Shown: piece by piece, positions 29,111 through 39,700 of the stretch | Layout of the letters: every line of letters starts with the position of its first letter | Position numbering within the stretch: position 1 is the stretch's first letter | Source of the DNA: Eledone cirrhosa | Taxonomy: Eukaryota | Assembly: GCA_964016885.1 (NCBI GenBank) | Contig: OZ024745.1 | Location: forward strand, 7,254,001 to 7,318,000 | DNA length: 64,000 bases | Direction of reading: 5' to 3' | Notes under the pieces: model-generated | The model's database searches: none | The model's input: only the letters and a program-made list of their open reading frames with translations | What the model was told of the DNA's origin: nothing | Translations under genes and position numbers: made by a program

Positions 29111-29620
29111 ACCATGACAACCTTCTTATTTATAAGGCCAGTAATTTTGAGGAAAGGGGAAATCTAAATCAACCCCTGTACTTGACTGAATCTCGACTTC
29201 TGCATTATTTGAACTGGGAACATAAAGAACCATAACCAAATACTATAAAACATTGTATCTCGTTCTATCAAAACTCCACTTAATAATTATCATTGGTACA
29301 AGACCACACCTGCTTTATGGTAGGAAATAAACAATACTTGACTGGTTATTTCTATATAAACTCTGGAAAGATTTCTATTCAGAGAATATAAAGGGACAGA
29401 ACTAAATACCAAAATATATTCAGTCTGACAATTATTTTTCTATCATCTACTTACCTTCTTATTAACAAAACTACTAATGTACCAATTAATTAAATTGACT
29501 AATTAATTATTAGTGTTTATTTTATTGACTTTTCCTCTCCTCCTCCCTGAGAATCTTCTTTCAGGTGAAACATTCATTTTGCTATTTTCTAATGTCTAGA
29601 ATATATGTCGGTCACCACAC

Positions 29621-29713
29621 CTGCATACTCATAGATTTCTCCACTGGAACAGTTGTGCCAACCATTGTTGAATTAATAGTCATCTGTGAAGCCACTGACG
29701 GTGCTGAGGTCAT
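29621..29713 (-). CDS. Candidate internal exon (93 bp, phase 0-0) of an unidentified host gene: MTSAPSVASQMTINSTMVGTTVPVEKSMSMQ
   Basis: Minus strand reads cgattag|ATG...CAG|gtgtgg, with an open frame in phase with the exon at 30183-30307. The acceptor pyrimidine tract is weak. Confidence 0.35.
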
Positions 29714-29847
29714 CTAATCGATGATTATCTCAACAATGTCAGTCAACATTAGTATTTTAAGTCCAGGATCTCACTCAAACATGTAACTCAATATTTCACA
29801 GTATTTAGTATGGTACTGGTAATAATGGTGATTTCTAATATATGGCA

Positions 29848-30170
29848 TGTCAAAGACATGACAACCCCACCTAGTGTTGGTAAATGCACCTGGTACACTC
29901 TGTAAAGTTACCTGGAGAACTCGTCAGCTGTGTCAAAGACATGACAACCCCACCTAGTATTGGTAAATGCACCTGGTACACTCTGTAAAGTTACCTGGAG
30001 AACTCTTAAGCTGTGTCAGATACATGACAACTAAACCTAGTGTTGGTAATCTATGTGATAAATGCACCCAGTACACTCTGTAAAGTTGTTGATGATAGTT
30101 ACCTGGAGATCTCTTCAGCTGTGTCAAAGACATGACAACCAACAAACTCTTTAGTGCTGGTGCCATGATA
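29848..30170. repeat. Short tandem array of an ~84-bp unit (about 3.5 copies) containing CACC(T/C)(G/A)GTACACTCTGTAAAG
   Basis: TGTCAAAGACATGACAAC...CCTAGTGTTGGTAAATGCACC..GTACACTCTGTAAAGTTACCTGGAGA recurs near 29848, 29932, 30015 and 30122. Confidence 0.85.
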
Positions 30171-30182
30171 AAATGCACTTAC

Positions 30183-30307
30183 TAGAGCATAGACACATAT
30201 GAGTCTATCAGAGATATCAGTAGCTATAGTATTGACTTGGTCTGTAAAGACCCCTTCAATCCTTGCTAATAGGGAAGATAGGTTAAATGATGATGTACAA
30301 GGACAGT
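30183..30307 (-). CDS. Candidate internal exon (125 bp, phase 1-0) of an unidentified host gene: xCPCTSSFNLSSLLARIEGVFTDQVNTIATDISDRLICVYAL
   Basis: Good acceptor ctctctcccctaaatttacag| and consensus donor |gtaagt bracket a stop-free, non-repetitive frame. No family recognised. Confidence 0.5.
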
Positions 30308-30604
30308 CTGTAAATTTAGGGGAGAGAGTAATAATCATTTTTATTGAGATGTTATTTATTTTGTTATAAATCCTAGAAGAATAAGATGTAAAAATTACTG
30401 GAATGGAAAGGTAAAGTAACAGTTAAAAACTACCAGATAACCTGGCAATAATAATAATTTCTAATTTAGGCATGAAGTTGGGTGAGTCCATTATATCAAC
30501 CTTGGTATATGACTGGTTCTTTACCTTGGAAGGATAAAAGGTAAAGTTGACTTTGGTGGGATTTGAACACTCCACCAATTCTGCTCGTCTACCCACCCCT
30601 TTTT

Positions 30605-30835
30605 TAATAATAATAATTGCTTCTACTTTTGGTACAAGGCCAGCAATTTGAAGGGGAGGGGAAAGTCTATCAAATCAACCCAGCGCATTACTGGTACTTT
30701 ATTTTATCGACCCCGTAAGGAAAAAAAGAAAAGCTAACCTCGGCGGGATTTAAACTCAGAATGTAAAGAGCCATAACTCTGTGCCACACAGCATGGTGTC
30801 TGACGCTCTACCAACCCTGCCAATCCACCTCCCTT
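30605..30835 (-). mobile_element. Near-complete tRNA-derived SINE, resembling the common octopus SINE with a Nin/Deu-like core
   Basis: Minus strand has A-box-like TGGCAGGGTTGG, B-box-like GTTTAAATCC, core GGGGTCGATAAAATAAAGTACCAGT and a (TTA)n tail. Related partial copies near 29125, 29295, 30450, 32790, 33985, 34155 and 59345. Confidence 0.8.
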
Positions 30836-30961
30836 ATTAACAATAGTAACTAACATTTGTCTATATAACATCTTACGAGAGATGAATCAGAAATTTAAAG
30901 GAAATGACCAAGTTTTAAAATCCCTTTTTTATTCTTTTCAACTTCAGTTGAACCTTATCCT

Positions 30962-31230
30962 ATAAGACTGTGACCACACTGTCACCAGACTGTGACCACA
31001 CTGTCACCAGACTGTGAGTCATCACACTGCCATAAGACTGTTACCAGACTGACAAGACTGTCATCAGACTGTCACCACACTGTCATCAGACCCTCACCAG
31101 ACTGTCATTGTACTGTGAGTCATCATACTGCCATAAGACTGTCACCACACTGACCTAAGACTGTCATTGGACTGTCATCACACTGTCATCACACTGTCAG
31201 CAGACTATCATCTGTCATCGGACTGTCAAT
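30962..31230. repeat. Degenerate minisatellite with ~10-bp period ((C/G)ACTGTCA(C/T)CA)
   Basis: ACTGTCA/ACTGTGA recurs about every 10 bp. Confidence 0.85.
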
Positions 31231-31261
31231 TAGTCATGCTTTTTTCTAGGCTTTCTTCCTC

Positions 31262-31467
31262 ATATATATATGTATGTATGTGTGTGTGTATGTATGTATA
31301 TATATATGTATATGTGTGTGTGTATGTATGTATATATATGTACGTGTGTATATATATGTACGTGTGTATATATATGTACGTGTGTGTGTATATATATATA
31401 TGTATATATAAAATGTATGTGTATATATATATATATATATATGCGTATGTGTGTATATATAAGTATG

Positions 31468-31518
<51 letters not shown>
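31262..31518. repeat. (TA)n/(TG)n compound microsatellite
   Basis: Seen directly. Confidence 0.95.
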
Positions 31519-31949
31519 TATTCTTCCATTTTTATTATATTCATTCCTGAACCGAGCTTTGCTTGAAAGAATGAGTAATCCTTGCTAGTGTTGTCTTTGA
31601 TCTTCAAAGTAGAGTGCTGTAGAAATTAGCACTAATAATCTTATTTAACAGACTTGTTAAAGACTTTCCCCACATTGCCACCATTCTGTTGACCTGGGAT
31701 ATATAAGATGATGATATCACTCCTGCATGTGTGATAACTGACTATCGTTACAACTGTGTCAATATCTCAAAGATATTGACACCAAGCTAGAGAAACATTG
31801 TCATATAACTCGGAAAGATATCAATCTTTGCTACAAGAGATGGCATGTTGTTATAGTGGGAGAAAAGAATGGGGTTAGGTGGCAGCTAATATCTTGGTTG
31901 GCATTTGAAGTTAACAGTTTCAATCTCTCTTTGTATGTGTGTGTGAGTC

Positions 31950-32125
31950 ATCATCATCATTTAATGTCTCTATTTTCTGTGCTTGCATGGGTTAGACAGG
32001 TTGTTGTGTTATGAGGTTAGACAGGTCAGATGATTATATCTTTCTCATACAATCCAATTTTGGCTTGGTTTTCTATGGCTGGATGACCTTCCTAACACCA
32101 ACCACTTCACATTGTATACTGGGAA
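31950..32125 (-). mobile_element. Fragment of a second SINE-like family with an RTE-type (GAT)n tail
   Basis: Reverse complement contains GGTTGGTGTTAGGAAGGTCATCCAGCCATAGAAAACC...CTAACCCATGCAAGCAC...CATTAAATGATGATGATG, as in 32490-32780. Confidence 0.7.
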
Positions 32126-32489
32126 GGGTATTCAATATATGCTGTGAAGTGTTTGGTGTGGGTGAGTTCATACAGTCAACCCCCAGAACAGTTTTAAGAA
32201 GTGGGGATATGGTACTGGACTTGTCCTATACAGGCTTCTACAGACTTACAAGATTTAATGTTCAATTTGAACATATGTAGAGTTAAATACTAAACCAGTA
32301 CACAATCATAAGCAGATACATTTATTATTACATATATATATACCCATGCTAGCGTTGGAAGATGGACGTTAAATGATGATAATGATATATATATCGATGA
32401 CACACGACCGTGACTTCTGGTGTCACGCAGTAATACAGAAGACCCCCCCCCCCACGAGTACAAGCCAAAGCTGAAGCATATAGACAATA

Positions 32490-32780
32490 TGCCCCCACCC
32501 CCTCTCACTGCAAAGTGGTCGTGGAGTTGCCATGGCAAAAAGCATCCAGCCCACACTGTAAAGTGGTTGTGTAGGCACAAAGGAAAAAAGCACCCAGCAC
32601 TCACTGTAAATGAGGTTGGTGTTAGGAAGGGCATCCAGCTGTAGAAATCAAGCCAGAATCAGTTCCCGTATGAGCAAAACAAGGTCAGCTGACTGGACAC
32701 TGCTCACAACAGGACAATCTGTCTAACCCATGCTAGCGTGGAAGAATGGACGTAAAACAGGGATGGTGATGATGATGATT
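32490..32780 (+). mobile_element. SINE-like repeat with internal ~47-bp tandem units and an RTE-type 3' tail
   Basis: AAAAAGCACCCAGCACTCACTGTAAA..GGTTGGTGTTAGGAAGGGCATCCAGCTGTAGAAA...CTAACCCATGCTAGCGTGGAAGAATGGACGTAAAA...GATGATGATG. Other copies at 28265-28355, 31950-32125 and 35340-35730. Confidence 0.75.
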
Positions 32781-33461
32781 TAATGGTTTTTAGTTTAAGC
32801 ACAAGGCCATCAATTTTTGAGGGAAGAGGAAAGTTGATTATTATATCGACCTCAGTATCTAACTGGTACTTTATCAACTTGAGAAGGGTGAAAGGCAAAG
32901 TTGACCTCAGAACATAATGCACCATAACTAAACACTGCAAGACACTAACAATTCTGCCAGTTATGACAGACATGTTTGTAGTTTTTGCTATATTTATTTA
33001 TTTTATTTCTCTAGGGGCAATCAAGACAACTTCAATCTTTGCCGTCCCCCATCTCATACCTATTTTATCAGCCTCTAGAAAGATGACAGGCAAAGTATAA
33101 CATGACAAAATTTGAACTCTGTGTAAAGAACACAACTAAATACTGTTATAGTAGATGATAGAATCTGTTGCCTGCTTTTTATACCACCACCAACATGACA
33201 TTTCCTTGTATTTAACGCCAACCATTCTATTATAAGCATTCAAATATAATCTTCAAGTTGACGGGTTAGATAACTCAATACTTGCTACTAGAGAAAGCCA
33301 CTTCTCAGAGTTGTAAACAAAGGGGAGATAAATCATGGAAGCAACAATTTCTTCTTTATTTTCTCCTTGCTAGCTATAGAGACTCTACTCAAAGTTACAG
33401 GTGTTGCCTTTTCAGCTCTGATTAAGCTATAATAAAATAGGAATTCATTAAAGATAATAAT

Positions 33462-33561
33462 TTATTTTGTCTTAGTACAGCATGAATGTTGTGGGGGGAA
33501 AACATTGTCAGTTATTTTGTCTTAGTACAGCATGAATGTTGTGGGGGGAAAACATTGTCAG
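33462..33561. repeat. Perfect 50-bp tandem duplication
   Basis: TTATTTTGTCTTAGTACAGCATGAATGTTGTGGGGGGAAAACATTGTCAG occurs twice, back to back. Confidence 0.95.
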
Positions 33562-33653
33562 CTAATTTAGAACCAGTGTATTACTGGTATTTATTTTATC
33601 ATGTCACTGTCTGCAGAAGTGGTGCACCAATTGTTGGTTAGTGTAAAAACTAC

Positions 33654-33707
33654 CTTAGATTTGGCTCCCTTCTCTGTTGCCCAAATAAGGTCATTAGTAG
33701 TGTGAAA
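33654..33707 (-). CDS. Weak candidate exon (54 bp, phase 0-0): FHTTNDLIWATEKGAKSK
   Basis: tttaaacag|TTT...AAG|gtagtt with an open frame; could be chance. Confidence 0.2.
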
Positions 33708-33974
33708 CTGTTTAAACTTAATTCACTAAAAACCTGCTGCTGCTTTCCATAATCAAAATAATTCCCAGAAAATACACCCTACCATTTTGAAAAGTGACAC
33801 ATCGGATTATGTAATCAAAATAGCTCCAAATAGGATACTTATCACTCGGATGTGTTTAGTGAAGCATTTCATTAATTTTGTCACGGAAGAATCAAATGAA
33901 GTAAATACTGAAAAATGAGATACATTCTGATAGTCTTTGTTATCACCTCAGTGTATTATTAATAATAATTATAA

Positions 33975-34350
33975 TATTATAATTGTTTCTACTTTTGGCA
34001 CAAGGCCAGCAATTATCCCAGTGCATTACTGGTACTTTATTTTATCGACCCCGTAAAGATGAAAGGCAGGATTTGAACTCAGATCATAAAGGGAGGTTAC
34101 TCTATGCTTCAAAGCATGGCGTCCGACCCTTACCGATACTGCCAATCCACCAATGATTTCTACTTAAGGCACAAAGTCAATAGTTTTGGGGGAGGGGAAA
34201 GTAATTCAAATCAGCCCCACTACTTGATTCATACCTCATTTTATCATCCTTAAAAGGACGAAAGGCAAAATTGACATCAGTGGAATTTGAATCCAGAACA
34301 GAGAGAGTTGGAATACCACAAGACATCTGATGCTCTAACGATTCTGTCAT
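33975..34350 (-). mobile_element. Two adjacent partial copies of the tRNA-derived SINE
   Basis: GGCACAAGGCCAGCAATT...ACTGGTACTTTATTTTATCGACCCCGTAAAGATGAAAGGC...ATTTGAACTCAG, followed by a second diverged copy. Confidence 0.75.
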
Positions 34351-35339
34351 TGCATTAATGATATGATACTACTACTAATAATAATAATGTTCATTTAATT
34401 CAAATAACTATGAAGTTCTTTATATAAGCAGTTGGAGAATACGATTTCTGATAGCATCAGTGCATTAGTAATACTAGTCCAATTGGTGATCAAAAATAGA
34501 TTCAAAGAAGTTACTGGGAATACCAGTCATGAGGTGAAAAAATAACAAAAATGAAAATATACTTGAGAACAATCTGGAATTCTTTCATCTTAGAATTATT
34601 TTAATCCAGTTATATCTCAACCAGCTTATAAGATGTTCTTCACTTAAACAATTACCATCACCATTAAAAGAAATAAAAGATCTTAAAAGATTTTACTCTT
34701 AAAACTTGTAAAATAGTTAAAGTCAATTTTTTTTATCAAATATAAATAGGAAAATAAAAAGATAGAAAAAGATTTGAAATCCCGTTTCTTAAAACTGAAG
34801 TAGTCATTAATTGTTCATACATGCTATATTTCTTTTTTTTTAATAAAGAAATTTTCCATGAAAAAAAAAATTCCATATAAATTTATTTATCTATTTCAAG
34901 AAGCTGTTTCTATTAAGAGACTTACAACTAGCAAAGTTATGTTGTTGTATCCCAGATTAACCTGATTGAGTAGAAGATCAAAGGAATTACATCTGTTGCC
35001 AACCATCAGGCCAAGAGCTTAGAGGTGAGATGTTCAAATGAATCAGGTAGCTACTAATTATAAGTTGTAAGTTCAAATCCACTTGAGGAATTTTATTGTT
35101 TCTGGGGCAAAGTATTTTACTCCAACTCAGCTGTCTAAACCTGTATTATCCTTATAAAATTGGGATAACCTTTGACCTGGTCAGCTGCTAAGCTCAAGAC
35201 AGATTTGAACTAATCCTATAGACAGCTGTAGTATTTTACAGTCTCAGGCATCATGTTGAGACAAAATAACTTAGAATAAATATATTGTGTCCTTCCCCCT
35301 CACCTTATCACTGACCAAGGATACAAGCACCTTAGTGTT

Positions 35340-35730
35340 AAAATATGGCAGTAGTGGTTCTACAATAAAATATTCTCAGTCCACTCTGTAAAGTGATAGT
35401 GTTGGTGTCATAATAGACTACACCCAGTACACTCTGTAAAGTGGTAGTGCTGGTCCCACAATAAAATACACCCAGTACACTCTGTAAAGTGGTAGTGCTG
35501 GTACCACAATAAAATACACCCAGTACACTCTGTAAAGTGGTAGTGCTGGTACCACTATAAAATATATCCAGCCAACTCTGGAAAGTGGTAGAAAAGGTAC
35601 ATGCCATGAAGGGGTTGCCATTAGGATGAGCTTCCAACCATAGAAACCATGCCAAAATGGATTGTATGAGCAAAACAGTCATTTGACCTGATTGTCTAAC
35701 CTCAGGACATGACAACCTATCTAACCCATG
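35340..35730 (+). mobile_element. SINE-like copy with about five tandem ~47-48-bp internal units (CACCCAGTACACTCTGTAAAGTGGTAGTGCTGGTACCACAATAAAATA)
   Basis: The tandem units run into GGGTTGCCATTAGGATGAGCTTCCAACCATAGAAACC...CTAACCCATG, the body of the family at 32490-32780. Confidence 0.75.
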
Positions 35731-35766
35731 TTGTATTTGTCTTGTCTATTCTTGATATATATATAT

Positions 35767-36048
35767 AAACGCGCTCCATCATCCACTTTTCTAAAAAATA
35801 AATCATACACAAAACGCCAGCACCAACAGTTTTGCAAGAGATGTCAACATGAATGGACCTGTTATTTTTATCTAAAGACATTTTTTCCAATTCCACCCCA
35901 CCCGTCCCCTCAATTTATCTTATTTCTCATTCTTTCTTCTGATGACGGACTAGCATCCGAAACGTTACGACCCTCTTCCTGCTATATCAAGCGTTAACCT
36001 AATATATCCCTTCCATATACTGTACCGATTGTGTTGTTAACCTTTTAC
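35767..36048 (+). mobile_element. Probable PLE 3'/pseudo-LTR remnant between short (TA)n runs
   Basis: Carries a hammerhead-like core and is bounded by ATATATAT on both sides. Confidence 0.45.
35935..35970 (+). ncRNA. Minimal type I hammerhead ribozyme-like motif (degenerate)
   Basis: CTGATGA-C-GGA(CTAGCA)TCC-GAAA-CGTT, with a palindromic ACGT stem III. Stem I pairs only 3 of 4. Confidence 0.5.
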
Positions 36049-36733
36049 ATATATATATATAGAAAGAGAGAGAGAGGTCTGTATTTTATTTGATTGTCTT
36101 ACATATTATATTACAGAATTATAGTTTACGATAATTGTTTATTGTATATGTTGATGATAAAAAGATTTACTGCTGTACACAAACATAGGTGTTTAGAATT
36201 AGCCATACAAACAAAAACTGTTTTTAACTTTAACTGTCTTTTTATGACATAAATAAAAAGAAGGATAGAAAGAAAAGATATAATTTTGATAAAAGTAATT
36301 CATTGCGATTGACAAGATAATATATGAGGTGGCTCCTTTATTCCGTATCATCCATTTATGATTTATTGTCATTTACTCCATTTAGTATTTTAGATTTTAC
36401 TTCATAGCTCTCTTTTAGGGATTCCGATGCAATCCTAGTTTTGAAAAAGATTATGTCTTAATCCCTTCTAGGATAACATTTACTGCAGCCTGTCCCAGCT
36501 TTTGTGATATTCAACAGTAACATAACACTAGATATAGTAACACAAAACTATTGAGTTTTCACTGAGAAGCAGAACACAACGTATTGACATTGTTGTATGG
36601 TATTCCAGTTTCTTGTAGCAGTCGATGTTCTTATTTCTTTTAATTTCCCACCCATCCCATCAATATCTCCCAAGCCTGACACACTGAGCACCCTTGTGTT
36701 GCAATGAAACAAAGTAGCGCGGGTGTCACAAAT

Positions 36734-39700
36734 AAAAGCACCCACCCCACTCTGTAAGATGGTAGTGTTGGTGCCATGATAAAAGCCACCCACCCCACCC
36801 TGTAAGATGGTAGTGTTGGTGCCATGACAAAAGCCATCCACCCCACTCTGTAAGATGGTAGTGTTGGTGCCATGACAAAAGCCACCAACCCCACCCTGTA
36901 AGATGGTAGTGTTGGTGCCATGACAAAAGCCACCCACTCCACCCTGTAAGATGGTAGTGTTGGTGCCATGACAAAAGCCACCCACCCCACCCTGTAAGAT
37001 GGTAGTGTTGGTGCCATGACAAAAGCCACCCACCCTACCCTGTAAGATGGTAGTGTTGCTGCCATGACAAAAGCCATCCACCCCACTCTGTAAGATGGTA
37101 GTGTTGGTGCCATGACAAAAGCCACCAACCCCACCCTGTAAGATGGTAGTGTTGGTGCCATGACAAAAGCCACCCACTCCACCCTGTAAGATGGTAGTGT
37201 TGGTGCCATGACAAAAGCCACCCACCCCACCCTGTAAGATGGTAGTGTTGGTGCCATGACAAAAGCCACCCACCCTACCCTGTAAGATGGTAGTGTTAGT
37301 GCCATAAAAAAAGCCACCCACTCCACCCTGTAAGATGGTAGTGTTGGTGCCATGACAAAAGCCACCCACCCCACTCTGTAAGATGGTAGTGTTGGTGCCA
37401 TGACAAAAGCCACCCACCCCACTCTGTAAGATGGTAGTGTTGGTGCCATGACAAAAGCCACCCACCCCACTCTGTAAGATGGTAGTGTTGGTGCCATGAC
37501 AAAAGCCACCCACCCCACTCTGTAAGATGGTAGTGTTGGTGCCATGACAAAAGCCACCCACCCCACCCTGTAAGATGGTAGTGTTGGTGCCATGACAAAA
37601 GCCACCCACCCCACTCTGTAAGATGGTAGTGTTGGTGCCATGACAAAAGCCACCCACTCCACTCTGTAAGATGGTAGTGTTGGTGCCATGACAAAAGCCA
37701 CCCACCCCACCCTGTAAGATGGTAGTGTTGGTGCCATGGCAAAAGCCACCCACTCCACCCTGTAAGATGGTAGTGTTGGTGCCATGGCAAAAGCCACCCA
37801 CTCCACCCTGTAAGATGGTAGTGTTGGTGCCATGGCAAAAGCCACCCACTCCACCCTGTAAGATGGTAGTGTTGGTGCCATGACAAAAGCCATCCACCCC
37901 ACTCTGTAAGATGGTAGTGTTGGTGCCATGACAAGAGCCACCCACCCCACCCTGTAAGATGGTAGTGTTGGTGCCATGATAAAAGCCACCCACCCCACCC
38001 TGTAAGATGGTAGTGTTGGTGCCATGACAAAAGCCATCCACCCCACTCTGTAAGATGGTAGTGTTGGTGCCATGACAAAAGCCACCCACTCCACCCTGTA
38101 AGATGGTAGTGTTGGTGCCATGGCAAAAGCCACCCACTCCACCCTGTAAGATGGTAGTGTTGGTGCCATGACAAAAGCCATCCACCCCACTCTGTAAGAT
38201 GGTAGTGTTTGTGCCATGACAAGAGCCACCCACCCCACCCTGTAAGATGGTAGTGTTGGTGCCATGACAAAAGCCACCCACCCCACTCTGTAAGATGGTA
38301 GTGTTGGTGCCATAACAAAAGCCACCCACCCCGCCCTGTAAGATGGTAGTGTTGGTGCCATGACAAAAGCCACCCACCCCACCCTGTAAGATGGTAGTGT
38401 TGGTGCCATGACAAAAAAAAGCCACCAACCCCGCCCTGTAAGATGGTAGTGTTGGTGCCATGACAAAATCCACGCACCCCACTCTGTAAGATGGTAGTGT
38501 TGGTGCCATGACAAAAGCCACCCACCCCACTCTGTAAGATGGTAGTGTTGGTGCCATGACAATATCCACGCACCCCACTCTGTAAGATGGTAGTGTTGGT
38601 GACATGACAAAAGCCACCCACCCCACTCTGTAAGATGGTAGTGATGGTGCCATGACAAAAAAAAAAGCCACCCACCCCACCCTGTAAGATGGTAGTGTTG
38701 GTGCCATGACAAAATCTACGCACCCCACTCTGTAAGATGGTAGTGTTGGTGCCATGACAAAAGCCACCCACCCCACTCTGTAAGATGGTAGTGTTGGTGC
38801 CATGACAAAATCCACCCACCCCACTCTGTAAGATGGTAGTGTTGGTGCCATGACAAAAAAAAAGCCACCCACCCCACCCTGTAAGATGGTCGTGTTGGTG
38901 CCATGACAAAATCCACCCACTCCACCATGTAAGATGGTAGTGTTGGTGCCATGAAAAAAGCCATCCACCCAACTCTTTAAGATGGTAGTGTTGGTGCCAT
39001 GACAAAAGCCACCCACCCCACCCTGTAAGATGGTAGTGTTGGTGCCATGACAAAAAAAAGCCACCAACCCCACCCTGTAAGATGGTAGTGTTGGTGCCAT
39101 GACAAAATCCACGCACCCCACTCTGTAAGATGGTAGTGTTGGTGCCATGACAAAAGCCACCCACCCCACTCTGTAAGATGGTAGTGTTGGTGACATGACA
39201 AAATCCACGCACCCCACTCTGTAAGATGGTAGTGTTGGTGCCATGACAAAAGCCACCCACCCCACTCTGTAAGATAGTAGTGTTGGTGCCATGACAAAAT
39301 CCACACACCCCACTCTGTAAGATGGTAGTGTTGGTGCCATGACAAAAGCCACCCACCCCACTCTGTAAGATGGTAGTGTTGATGCCATGACAAAATCCAC
39401 GCACCCACTCTGTAAGATGGTAGTGTTGGTGCCATGACAAAAGCCAGCCACACCACTCTGTAAGATGGTAGTGTTGGTGCCATGACAAAAAAAGGCCACC
39501 CACCCCACCCTGTAAGATGGTAGTGTTGGTGCCATGACAAAATCCACCCACCCCACCCTGTAAGATGGTAGTGTTGGTGCCATGACAAAAGCCACCCACC
39601 CCACCCTGTAAGATGGTAGTGTTGGTGCCATGATAAAAGCCACCCACCCCACCCTGTAAGATGGTAGTGTTGGTGCCATGACAAGCCACCCACCCCACTC

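Noticed and set aside
30740-30835. tRNA gene
   Set aside because: A- and B-box-like motifs belong to a decayed SINE head; no cloverleaf can be formed.
31520-31705. Coding-looking minus-strand stretch (HSTLKIKDNTSKDYSFFQAKL)
   Set aside because: No convincing donor site and stops in the extended frames.
36548-36733. Non-repetitive tail containing GDIDGMGGKLKE, loosely like the G..DG.GG..K motif of some transposase-like proteins
   Set aside because: Too short, with no supporting context or convincing splice sites; needs a profile search.
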